A DNA stretch of 64,000 nt from Octopus sinensis (GCF_006345805.1 NC_043003.1:94736001-94800000); one strand, 5' to 3'. Counted from the stretch's first letter, positions 1-11,080 are shown. A program made the numbers and translations. Notes: a model not told the origin generated them from the sequence alone.

Positions 1-115
1 TATATAAAAAAATATATATTAAAATATATTTTTAAAAATATATAAAGAAATATATTTTAAAAAATATATAAAAATATATTTTAAAAAATATATTAAGAAA
101 TATATTTTAAAAAAC
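1..115. repeat. AT-rich degenerate tandem repeat (about 22-26 bp unit AAAAATATATA..AAATATATTTT)
   Basis: The same A/T block recurs about 4-5 times at the window start. Confidence 0.7.
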
Positions 116-405
116 CCAGAAAAACAAAAAAAAAACCAATATGAGAAGCTACACTTCAACAATATTTGTAGAAGTGTAGTTGTAAAATGTCACTTCATTT
201 CTTCTGCAGTAGCAGTGGCAAGAGCAGCAACAGTAACGACTGCAGTGGTAGCAGTAGTAGCAGCAATAATAAACCGCAACCATCAATAGAACTGCATCTA
301 CTGCAGCAGCAGTAACAACAATAGTCGCAATAGTGTTGGGATAAACAGACAACGCTACTATTAGTGTTATACTTTTTTCAAAGAAATCAACTGTCAACGG
401 CATTG

Positions 406-419
406 GTAGTAGTAGTAGC

Positions 420-490
<71 letters not shown>

Positions 491-552
491 CAGTGGTAGT
501 GGTGGTGGTGGTGGTGGTGGTGGTAGTAGTTGTAGTAGTAGTAGTAGTAGTC
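406..552. repeat. (GTA)n/(GTG)n microsatellite
   Basis: Directly visible; explains the poly-V, poly-T and poly-Y ORFs at 364-672. Confidence 0.95.
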
Positions 553-764
553 AAAGAGAAGTGAAGGTGAAGTGACTGTATCGATGGGTGGGTACTGCCA
601 CAGAGCTGACTGACCATTACCACTTTCTCTGAAATTTCTTAGAGGAAATAACAACAACCACAACAACAACACCGACTACAACAACAACAGCTACATTACA
701 AATTAGCTAAAATCTTATCTTGTATATAATAGACAAATGCCAAATTCTTGGCTTGCTGATAAAT

Positions 765-960
765 CAGTCACTCTTCATGGATTTCAGATTACCGTCTCCT
801 ACTCTCCATGTTTATATGTGAACGGACAGCTGATAGTGAGCGAGCGAGCTGCGGAACATCACAAAAACTGTGCTAACAACATTTAATCAACAAGGGCCTT
901 TTAGTAATGGGAGGGGTGTTCTTTACCTCTTCCTGTTGCATTTTCTGTTCAGCTAAGTAA
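765..960. other. CpG-containing unique island, possible short exon or promoter
   Basis: Non-repetitive and retains several CpGs (ACCGTC, AACGGA, AGCGAGCGAG, TGCGGA). Has TCAGTC (Inr-like), CAGCTG and a possible donor AA|GTAATT near 956. No homology recognised. Confidence 0.2.
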
Positions 961-1659
961 TTCAAGTTACAAAAAAAAAATTATAAAACAACATTTAAGC
1001 AAGTAAAATAAATATTAAAATATTTTAAAAGATATTTTTTTTTCTGTTAATTAAAATTATAGCCTAAATATATTAATTCCATACAAAAACAAAAATATAT
1101 AAATATGCATGCATGTTCATAAAACAAATATATTTATATGTATATACATAAGGAGATATATAGTTATAAATATAAATAAAAATTATAGATAATATATATA
1201 TGGTATATGTATATATTTTCCTGCATCATATCGGATGTGGATACAAAAAGAAAAAACAATATTATTTCGATGAAGACAATCAAAGAATTTTTTGGTAAAT
1301 GAAATGGATATCTTTGAAAAAGGAATGAGAAAGATTAAATCTGATAGATAAGTTGGCTACTAACTAATTACAAATTATACAATTAATTGGACTTGCAATT
1401 TCTTCCAAACCAACAATGAGTCAAACTTGGGTTACATGCATGTAAGTTCTCTGAATATTTCTACTAATTCTATTTAAAATTTTAATTCCACATAACTATC
1501 AGATATTATTTATTTATTTTTCCCTTTTTCTTTTGACTATTGTTGTTTTGTTGCTGTAGCTGTTATTATCATTATTGTCATAGATTTTGCTGTTTTATCT
1601 AAACTGGATAATACTATTTCACTCATAATATCCTCTCATTCATTGCACTAATAAAATAA

Positions 1660-1751
<92 letters not shown>

Positions 1752-1762
1752 CATCATCATTA
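1660..1762. repeat. (ATT)n microsatellite
   Basis: Directly visible. Confidence 0.95.
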
Positions 1763-1764
1763 AC

Positions 1765-1988
1765 ATGGCAAGCTGACAGAATTGTTAGCATGTTGAACAA
1801 AATGCTTTGTAGTATTTTGTCTGTCTTTATGTTCTGAGTTCAAATTCCACCAATGTCTACATTGCCTTTCATGATCTTGGGGTCAAGCACTAGGGCCAAT
1901 ATAATTAACTAGCCTCCTATCCCACAATTTCAAGCGTTATGTCTATAGAAGAAAGGACTATTATCATTATTATTATTACAGCTGCCTC

Positions 1989-2045
<57 letters not shown>

Positions 2046-2918
2046 CATCTTTATTGAGGGTGGTGGATAGGCATAGTCATCAGCTCATTGGAAAAATTTC
2101 TTTGCAGTTATTTTTGATGCTCTTAACATTCTGAGTTCATATCCTGTCGAGGTCAACTTTGTCTTTTATCTCTCTGAAGCCAATAAATTAAAGTACCAGT
2201 CAAATACTTGGGTCAATATAATCAGCTAATTCCCTCCCCTCAAATTCACAACCCTTGTGCCTAATTTAGAAACCATTATCATTATTATTGCTGCTGTTGT
2301 TGTTGTTGGTAGTGGTGGTCATGGTGGTCGTGGTTGTGGTATTATTATTAAGGTGGTAAGCTGGCAGAATCATTAGCACACCAAACAAAATGCTTCATGG
2401 CATTTCGTCAGTCATTACACTCTGAGTTCAAATTCCACTGAGGTCACCTCCGCTTTTAATCCTTTGGAGGTCAATAAAATTAAGTACCAGCCAAGCACTG
2501 GGGTTGATATAATTGAGTAGCACCCTCCACCAGAATTTCTTACCTTGTGCCTATAGTAGAAAGACTATTACTATTGTTGTTACCTTTAAATGTACTGTAA
2601 AGGCGGTGAGCTGGCAGAATCGTTAGCATGCTGGGCAAAATGCTTAGCAGTATTTCATCAATCTTCACATTCTGAGTTCAATTTCTGCCTAGATCGAGTT
2701 TGCCTACCATCCTTTTAGGGCCAATAAAATAAGTACCAGTTGAACACTGGGGTTGCTTGTAATCAACTATTCAGGCTATATACCTAGAGTGGAAAGGTTT
2801 ATTATTTTACATTCTGAGTTCAAATTCCACCAAGGTCAATATAATCACCTTACCACCTCACCTGAAATTGCTGGCCTTGTACCAAAATTTGAAACCATCA
2901 TCATTATTATTATTATTA

Positions 2919-2957
<39 letters not shown>

Positions 2958-3607
2958 GTTGACAAGCTGCCAGAATCATTAGTACAATGGACAAAATATT
3001 TTGCAGGACCCCTGTCTCTTTACATTCTAAGTTCAAACCCCACTGAAATCAACTTTGCCTTTCATCTTTTTAGGGTCATTGAAATAAGTATTGGTTAAGC
3101 ACTATACCCACTCTCACTAAAACTGTAGTCCTTATGCCTATATCAGAGACTTGTTGTTATTATTATTATTGAGTATGCCATCAAAGTGACACTGGGGTAC
3201 AAGTATATGAAGCCTAATATACTCATCATGACTACCTATCTGATAAGGGTACACCAGGCACATGCCTCACACCCATATGTGTGTAACATTGTGATCTCAT
3301 ATCAAGAGAAACAGCACATGACCTTGCAGTTGGGACCTAATTAGAATTTTCTTCAGGTCAAGAAGCCCATCCCACTCAAAAGGTTTCTGAATAAAGTTTG
3401 TTTAAAGATAATGAATGCAACACCTATGTTTCCAGAGGTGAATTATTCAAACCCCAAAGAATTTCTTTCAACACATGGCTATGATGCTCCACAGATACTT
3501 CTGCTAGTGATCAAAGATGGACATATCGTCAGTCACTAAGGGTCATGCTCAACTGGTTATGGTCAAGGTTAAGCTATGAGAGCCACTGCCCAATACTGCA
3601 TCAGGGC

Positions 3608-3667
<60 letters not shown>

Positions 3668-3870
3668 TGAAGGCGGCGAGCTGGCAGAATTGTTAGCATG
3701 CCGGGCAAAATGTTTAGTGGTATTTCGTCTGCCACCACATTCTGAGTTCAAATTCCACCGAGGTCAATTTTGCCTGTCACCCTTTCAGGGTCAATAAGTT
3801 AAGTACCAGTGAAACACTGGGGTTGATGTAATTGATGTAATCCCCCAAAAAAACATTGCTGACCTTGTAA
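1765..3870 (+). mobile_element. Head-to-tail cluster of about 6-7 copies of a ~200 bp tRNA-derived SINE (family B) separated by (ATT)n
   Basis: The motif GGCGGNGAGCTGGCAGAATCGTTAGC..TTCTGAGTTCAAATTCCNCCGAGGTC..AAGTACCAG..CACTGGGG recurs at about 1765, 2058, 2351, 2600, 2805 (partial), 2958 and 3670. GAGTTCAAATT is B-box-like. Confidence 0.85.
3169..3609 (+). mobile_element. Unclassified interspersed repeat X, copy 1 (internally deleted)
   Basis: Aligns by eye with 11833-12260 (+) and 17041-17598 (-), sharing GACACTGGGGTA..CCCATCATGACTA..CAGAGGTGAATTATTCAAACC..CAACACATGGCTATGATGCTCC. Confidence 0.8.
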
Positions 3871-4261
3871 TCTTGAATTAACAATGCTTTTTAACAAGGC
3901 CACAACTTTGTGAAAAGGCATATAAACTATCTGACTGTCTGTCAAAGGATTACTCATTTTAACAGGTGGACTGCAATGTGAAACAAAGATTTCCATCCAA
4001 GAGCACAACAGACACATCATCCAGTTCAGGAATCGAAGAGACAATTTTTCAGTCATGAGTCCAACACCCTAACTACTATGTCATAAGCCTCCACTAAAAA
4101 AGAATATGATTATAATGCCTGTTAAAAAGCACTATAATTATATTTTTGCTCATCCATGATTGAGCAGACCAATTATTTAAGGTTTTGCAGTTGTTTCCAC
4201 CCCAGATGTAGTATATGAAGAGCTACATGATTCAGTGGGTCTTTTTATTTTTATAATAGTA

Positions 4262-4440
4262 GGAGCCTTAATTTTGAAGGGTGAGGGTAAGTTGATTATA
4301 TCAACCCCAGTACTCAACTGGTACTTATTTTATTGACCCCCAAAAGGATGAAAGGCAAAGTTGACCCCAGCATAATTTGAACTCAGAACGTAATGAAAGA
4401 CGAAATACTGCCAAGAACTTTGCTGGACATGCTAATGATT
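4262..4440 (-). mobile_element. SINE family B
   Basis: Reverse complement of the family B body (CCCAGTACTCAACTGGTACTT..AATTTGAACTCAGAA). Confidence 0.75.
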
Positions 4441-4477
4441 TTAATGTAAAAGAAATAACTAAACTCGTTATTATTAT

Positions 4478-4950
4478 TATTAGTTTTGTCCACCACAAAA
4501 CATATTTTGTTATTGCCACAAGACAGAAAAACACCACCAGCCCTGCCTTATTAAAGGCGGAAGGGGGAACAATCCTTATGATGGTTTCAGCCAATAGTTG
4601 GATTAGTCCCATATGTGGTAATTACAGTTTAACATAATTCCACAAATCAGCAATACATGGACACTGCACAAGTACATGTAGAGCAATTTCACCACTCTAT
4701 GCACATCTTGATCAGTCCCACCTGGCAGTGCCTCTGTACTTGTAGAGTTTATCTCAAACCAGCATGGAAATACTGCCAGGCAGAACTGTCCAAGCTGCAC
4801 ACATAGCAATGAAACCATTCTACGCACAATCATTGTTGAGTTGTGAAGTTATGTCAAAAGAGGTTGTGTGGTGGGAAAGGCTGAAAGGTCTGATGAACGA
4901 TACATTCCACTTTAGTCAAACCCTCATCAGGGTTTTTAAATTCTTTGTGG
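4478..4950. mobile_element. Decayed L1/Tx1-type ORF2 C-terminus with internal inversion
   Basis: The minus strand gives DKLYKYR..RCA*SGEIALHVLVQCP (CCHC zinc-knuckle-like) and LLAETIIRIVPPSAFNKAGLVVFFCLVAITKYVLWWTKL. The plus strand at 4848-4950 continues MSKEVVWWERLKGLMNDTFHFSQTLIRVFKF. Clade assignment is from recall. Confidence 0.55.
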
Positions 4951-4954
4951 AAAG

Positions 4955-5325
4955 GAGTGGCTGTGTGGTAAGTAGCTTGCTTACCAACCACATGGTTCCG
5001 GGTTCAGTCCCACTGCGTGGCACCTTGGGCAAGTGTCTTCTACTATAGCCTCGGGTCGACCAAAGCCTTGTGAGTGAATTTGGTAGACGGAAACTGAAAG
5101 AAGCCCATCGTATATATATGTATATATATGTGTCTGTGTTTGTCCCCCCAACATCGCTTGACCACCTATGTTGGTGTGTTTACATCCCTGTAACTTAGCG
5201 GTTCGGCAAAAGAGACTGATAGAATAAGTACTAGGCTTACAAAGAATAAATCCTGGGATCAATTTGCTCAACTAAAGGCAGTGCTCCAGCATGGCCACAG
5301 TCAAACAAGTGAAACAAGTAAAAGA
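4955..5325 (+). mobile_element. Bipartite tRNA-derived SINE (family A): head/core, TA-rich microsatellite, right arm
   Basis: A-box-like TGGCTGTGTGG, B-box-like GGTTCAGTCCC, core CCTTGGGCAAGTGTCTTC; right arm ends GAAACAAGTAAAAGAGTAAAAGA. Many copies in the window. Confidence 0.9.
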
Positions 5326-5717
5326 GTAAAAGACTATTAGTATTATCCATGTTTCTGTTTTTTTATGAAATCTTGTATTGAATTGTCTGGTACTATCCTC
5401 AGTCTTTTTGTCAACCATTTTGGTTACTAAAGAAAGATCTGGAGATTGGGATTTCATTTCCTAGACCTGGTGGTGCATTATGTTCTTGAGAAAAACTCTT
5501 CATGTCATGTTGTTCTTCAGTTACTTCAACATTTGATGTGTGGTACACTGTGCAACCTGTTCAGACAACATTGATTTGATGGAGGAAGTGAGCTAATGTA
5601 CAGAACGAACAATTGATCACTATAAAGAAATCATTTGTGCAAGTCGTTCAGCATAAAAGCTGAACACTCATATGTTGTCTTCAATGAGAGAGTCCATCAT
5701 TATTATTATAGTCAGTA

Positions 5718-5930
5718 AGGTGGTGAGCTGGCAGAAGTGTTAGCATGCCAGACAAAATATTTTGTTGCATTTTGTCTGTCTTTATGTTCTGAGTTCAAAT
5801 TCTGCCAAGATCGACTTTAGCTTTCATCCTTTCAGGGATCAATAAAATAAGTACCAGTTTAGCACTGGGGTTATGTAATCAACTTACCCCATCCAACGAG
5901 AACTGCTGGCCTTATGCCAAAATTGGAAAC
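5718..5930 (+). mobile_element. SINE family B
   Basis: GGTGGTGAGCTGGCAGAAG..CTGAGTTCAAATTCTGCC..AAGTACCAG. Confidence 0.8.
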
Positions 5931-6210
5931 CCCTATTATTATTAGAAATTATCTTTTTGATTTCAGTTTGATTTTATTCCTAGTAAAATTCATGTGATAT
6001 CCATGTGATTTCAATAAGTCATCAAATACTCAAAACCCTTCTGATGATTTTCCTTCTTCTTAAGAAGCAAACTGTCTTATCATTAGATCTGCTTTGCCTT
6101 TTATCCTTACAAGGTCAATGAAATAAACTTGGAACTTGGGTCAACGTAATTGATTAGCACCCTTACCTGAAAAATTTCATGCCTTGTCCTTGGACTAGGA
6201 TTCACCACCA

Positions 6211-6242
<32 letters not shown>

Positions 6243-6439
6243 GAGCTAAGTGGGCAGAATAAATAACACTCTGGATAAAGTGTTTAAGGGAATCCAGCTT
6301 TATGTTTGTTTTTACGTTTTCGTTTCTCGTTGAGTTCTATGTCTATTTGTGGTGTCCTGTACTCACGTATATATATTTATATATGCATGTATATATACAT
6401 GTAGATGTAGGTACGTACTATATGTATGTATGTATGCAT

Positions 6440-6850
6440 ATATTTTATTTATTACACTATTGTATGACTGAGCGCCCTCGCATCGATTCAATTCATTTCG
6501 TTTCGTTTCATTTCCTCCAAGTAAGTTTTTATATATATGTATCACTGACGAAGAGAGGGCTCTTAGTAGCTAACTCTGAAATCGGTCCGATATGGTAATA
6601 ATGGAATTTTTTAGAAATTTCTGTCGACCTTTTTTCGAGTAGCGTGCGTATTGTGAAAAAATTATATGGTTAATGGACAATATGTCCAATTTTTCGGCAT
6701 ATTTGGCATTAGAATTTTTTTCCTTTGCCCTCATTTATGAATTGTTTATAAATTTAACCGTTAAAGGTATAATTTAATATGCTGGCCATTGATGAGATTT
6801 TTTCGAGAAAATTTTTTTTTTTTCGAAAAGAATTTTATCCTCACATTTGA
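6440..6850. mobile_element. Penelope-like-derived insertion next to (TA)n, carrying a hammerhead fold
   Basis: The reverse complement of 6700-6850 matches 40870-41010 (AGGAT..CAGCATATTAAA..TACCTTTA(A)CGGTTAAA). Contains the CUGACGA..GAAA fold. PLE assignment is inference. Confidence 0.55.
6539..6593 (+). ncRNA. Minimal type I hammerhead ribozyme fold (near-intact)
   Basis: CUGACGA 6545-6551; stem II AGAG/CUCU (6552-55/6574-77); GAAA 6578-81; loop UCGG; GUC triplet ending 6587; stem I GUAUC(A)/(C)GAUAU with the closing pair mismatched. Confidence 0.6.
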
Positions 6851-6877
6851 TATATATATATATATATATATATATAT

Positions 6878-7050
6878 GGAAAAAAAGTAAAGATAGAAAA
6901 TGCTAACATAATTTTATAAAAAACATTTCAGTACCGGTTTCAGTCATTGAGACTTTTTCAACTGTAACAATTAAATAATTAAATTTAGAAAAATTAAAAG
7001 AAAAGTTTTTTTAAAAGAATATTTGTATAGAGTTCAAATACAATTGGCAT
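6878..7050 (-). mobile_element. ~170 bp AT-rich element adjoining (TA)n; second copy at 13325-13497
   Basis: Near-identical inverted copy at 13325-13497; carries a hammerhead fold. Confidence 0.7.
6929..6964 (-). ncRNA. Minimal type I hammerhead ribozyme with U3-A8 core variant
   Basis: The minus strand reads CAG UUGAAAA AGUC ucaau GACU GAAA CCGG UA CUG: stem I CAG/CUG, stem II AGUC/GACU, palindromic ACCGGU stem III, GUA cleavage triplet. Confidence 0.65.
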
Positions 7051-7130
7051 TTTCCTTGTTTCTGCCTATCTCTGTGTCTCTTGTTTACTCTTGTGGATTC
7101 AAGGTCCTTATGAATTCTTGGTTGGGAAGA

Positions 7131-7250
7131 AGAAGAAAAGGAGGAGGAGGAGGAGGAGGAGGAAGAAGAAGAAGAGGAGGAGGAAGAAGAAGAAGAGGAG
7201 GAGGAAGAAGAAGAAGAGGAGGAGGAAGTGGAGGAGGAGGAGGAGGAAAA
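7131..7250. repeat. (GAG)/(GAA) polypurine microsatellite
   Basis: Directly visible. Confidence 0.9.
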
Positions 7251-7621
7251 GAAGAATGTGTGAGTGCTGTGACAGTAGTATGTTGAATGGTTAGCTAATG
7301 ACCAACAGTGGATGGTAGTAGTCGCTGTTCAATTCATGAAAATATTTCTTTTGAATGTTTTGTTTATAGAATTTGTGTAGGTGTTATATATATATATATA
7401 TATTACAAATATTATTACAATACAATAGTATCATTTTCCAGTGAAATAAAGCACCATAAAGGTATAATTATAAATAGGAAATAGTGGCACAGCAAGATGC
7501 CAATTTATGCTGGCAATAGCAGTTGATAATCGTTGGACACTGGGTAAAGCTTCACTGAATGTATAGAGGCAAAGATGTATTCGGGTGGTGAATATAAAAA
7601 AAATATATATGTGTGTATATA

Positions 7622-8610
7622 TCAGGCTGAGTAAAATGTAAGCAACGTTTTGACACATGAAATTCATCACAATATATTTCAACAATGTGGAAATTTTATA
7701 CATCAAAGTAAGTACCATTACAATCAACACATTTTTGCCAACGAGTTACAAGTTTGTTTATTCTGGTAACATAGAAATCTAGAGTTCTGGAGCTGATGAA
7801 CTCTTAGAATGCACTTTCAGCATCAGTTTGATTTTTGAACTCCTTCTCTTGCATGAAACCATCAAGGTGCTTGTAAAAGTGGCAGTCAGTAGGAGAAAGG
7901 TCTGGGATATAAGCTGGGTGGAGAAGAACTTCGCAGACAAGTTCTCTCAACTTCTGGAGTATCATTAGTGATACGTATGGTCGAGCATTGTCGTGAAAAA
8001 TTATCGACCCTTTTCTATTGAACTGTGTGGGATGGAGGACTCGCAGTTTTCTGTTCATTTTGGCAATTTCATGACAATATGTTTCTGCAGTAATGGTTTT
8101 TCTGGGTTTTAAGAAGTTATAGTGGAAGGGTCCAAGAGTACACCACCAAACATTAACCCTAACCTTGTTTTTGAAGAGCTCAGCTTTATGGAAGGTTTTC
8201 AGTGCTTCATTTTGGTCCAACCACTGCTAAGAATGTTTTTTATTATTATACAGAATCCAATTTTTATCACAAGTTACAAAACTGTCAAGAAACGAATTTG
8301 TCTGGTTATGGAGAAAAAGCAACAAGCAAATTTCTGTATTCAAATCGTGTAGTACCCATTTGTCAAACTTTTTTGATTTTTTGATTGCATGCAAATGGTT
8401 GCAGGTAGTATTCTGGCTAACTTGAAGTTCTTTTGCCAGTTCTTGAGTGGTTTTACATAGCTCTTTCTCGATGACAGTCTTTAATTGACCATCATTGATG
8501 GTTGATGGGCATCCACTATGCTCATGATTTTTAAGGCTCAGGTCTCCACTGCAAAACCATTTTCAAGCTGACCACTCACTGGTTATTTTCTCACCAAATG
8601 CTTCGTTGAT
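7622..8610 (-). mobile_element. Mariner (DD34D) transposon remnant, 5'-truncated, transposase pseudogene
   Basis: INEAFG..WFCSGDLSL..SGCP (HTH), DKWVLHDL, VTCDKNW (first D), FHDNARPY, then 34 residues, then SPTDCHF. Stops and frameshifts are present. TA followed by a TIR-like end TCAGGCTGAG at 7620-7631. Confidence 0.9.
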
Positions 8611-9000
8611 AGAATGTTCTTTGTGCCATTCGGTAACAACTTTAGCTGTGTGAATTGGTGCATTATCATCCTGAAGATTGCGTTTCCCTTCGGAAACAGT
8701 TCTGCAGGCATAAGATGAATTTGATCAGATAAAATGCTTAAATCAACTTGATTACTAATCCTGCCATGAAGGGAAACCATTGGGCTGGTGGATTTCCAGA
8801 TCATCAAAGATCCTCTTCTGTGTTTAACAGTTGGAAGAAGGCAGCATGGGTCAAATGCTTCTTTTGGCTGTCTCCATACATATACTCGGCCGGTGGTTGG
8901 AAATAAGGTAAAGAATGTCTCGTCTAAGAAAATAACATTCTTCCACTGCTCTAGGGACCTATTCTGTTCAACTTCTTGCCTAGAGCGAGCCCATAGCAAT
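8611..9000 (-). mobile_element. Tc1-type transposase fragment
   Basis: WKNVIFLDETFFTLFPTTGRVYVWRQPKEAFDPCCLLPTVKH, then after a 1-nt frameshift QDDNAPIHTAKVVTEW. Confidence 0.85.
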
Positions 9001-9696
9001 ATCATATCTTCTCCACTATTTCAGTATTACATGTTAAAAGTGAAACAAAAACATTTCTCTATTTTATGTCAAATGCTTTCACTTTAGCAATAAAAATAAT
9101 AATAACAATTGAATTATATGTAGTAAGTAATAATTAAAATCAAACTAAAGTATAATATAATCGTAACATAACAAAAGTAAAAATAGCAATTGGTATAAAA
9201 TTGCATCAATGACTTGAACTTGAATAAGTGGTTTCACATGAATGGGAATAAATTAAAAATAAAATTAGCGTGCAGAAATGGAATAGTCCAGATGGAGCTG
9301 TGCTTTTACATTAGATTATCTGCTAATTAGCTAGCATTAGGTATCTATATGAAGTTTGGCTGTATGTAATATCTGTTTTCTCGAACAGCCGCTCCTACAG
9401 AATACTGCTGTTGGTTTATTTCTTATACATAAAGGACTAAAGCTTCAACTGCTTACTGCTTTCTGACTCATCGTAAGGTTTGTTGTTATTATTATTACTG
9501 TTTAACTATTGTTATCACGTTTGTTGGTTCCTCATAAAGGAAACATTGTTGTGTTGCATTTGTTAAATAATTGTAAACTGTAACCCTCCCCCTTTGGGAG
9601 AAGGAGCTTTGGTTATTGTTTAAAAATTGAATTGTGTCCCTGTTTGGGGAAATTGACAATATTTTCACCGTTTACACGGAAGCATTTTTGTTAGAA

Positions 9697-10230
9697 TGCC
9701 TTCGATAGAAGAAAGTCCAAAACTGAATTTCGCTGCAGCCGTCGGCGGGCACGAACTCATTGAAATTAAAATGGAAGAAATACGGATTGATCACTGACAA
9801 AGTCGGTGAATCTAGGATAACATCACCAAATGAAATAAAAATTAAATTAAAGAAAAGACTATTGTCTATAAAGTATACAATATACAGAACAAAAAAAGAT
9901 TTGAACACTTGGAAGAAAGCACCATCGAAAAGTGTCTTGGTGTGACTATGAAAGATATCTAACCAGAGGCAGTAAATTCGCCACAATAGAAGCAAGGTTC
10001 AAGTCAACGGAGCGTGCAAGGGAGTACTCGACTCGAACCTTGCAAAGTGGAAATATTTTATTTTTACCTTTATATCTAGGACGTAGGACGTCCCGGATAA
10101 AAATTTAAAATGTCCCGCCCCAGAAGCAGAGGTAGGCTGGATTGTAGCCACACTTCTATACAAGAGGGAGGACAAGATACAATTGATCGAAATTGCAAGA
10201 GACGAGCCTACAATTCCAGTCTGTTATATA
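9697..10230 (+). mobile_element. Decayed ORF1-like segment of a non-LTR retrotransposon
   Basis: Frameshifted frames MPSIEESPKLNFAAAVGG / WKKYGLITDKV / FATIEARFKSTERAREYSTRTLQSGNILFLPLYLGRRTSRIKI. CpGs are retained. Family is from recall only. Confidence 0.4.
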
Positions 10231-10780
10231 TTTTAAGTATTGTTATCACTAGCGGTATCAAGATATAACTTTGCATTTTGTATTTTATAATACTTATCTT
10301 TTCAAAGCCTGGTACTTATTCCATTTGTCTCTGTTGCCAAACTGCTAGGTTACAGGATTGTAAACACACCACCACCAGTTGCCAAGTAGTGGTAGTGGGA
10401 GAAATACACACACAAAGGCACACACACACATGTAATATATATATATATATATATGATAAAATTCTTTCAATTCCCATCAACAAAATACACCCACAAGGCT
10501 TTGGTTGGCCTGAGGCTCTAGTAGAAGACACTTATCCAAGGAAACATACAGTCCCACATATCAAAAACAAGCAATGTGCATGCACAAAATTAGAATGTAA
10601 AATGGCAACAATTTACCAATCATAGCCTGTGTATATATAGTATATATATATAATATATAGTATATATATAATATATATATATTATATTATACACAAACAC
10701 ATACACATATACATATATATATAAATATGTCCCAGCATGGAAAATTGGCATTAAACGATGATGTTGATAAATATATATAT

Positions 10781-10850
<70 letters not shown>

Positions 10851-11080
10851 ATATATATATGTATATATGTGTGAGTGTATGTGTGTATGATATTCTCTTG
10901 TTATTGGTTTCCTAATACAGACTAAAAGTGCAAGTCAATCACTAGACATTGATCAGTTATAGATGAATGAATTTATCGTATACAGTGGTCAGATGTACTG
11001 AAACAAAAAACTATTTACAAAAGTTTAAGTGTTTAGGCCAATATAGGCAGATATATACATACATACATACATACATACAC

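Noticed and set aside
149-179. Small hairpin CTACACTTC-A-ACAA-TAT-TTGT-A-GAAGTGTAG
   Set aside because: Only 13 bp of stem; too short to separate from chance, and bacterial-style terminators do not apply here.
149-672. ORFs rich in V, T, Y, C and H
   Set aside because: They are translations of GTA/GTG/CAG microsatellites with no domain signal.
4885-4935. CTGATGA..TCATCAG near 4890 as a hammerhead
   Set aside because: It is part of the L1/Tx1-type coding remnant and has no valid stem II-GAAA.
4955-5030. tRNA genes at SINE heads
   Set aside because: A/B boxes are present, but there is no complete cloverleaf and each continues into a SINE body.
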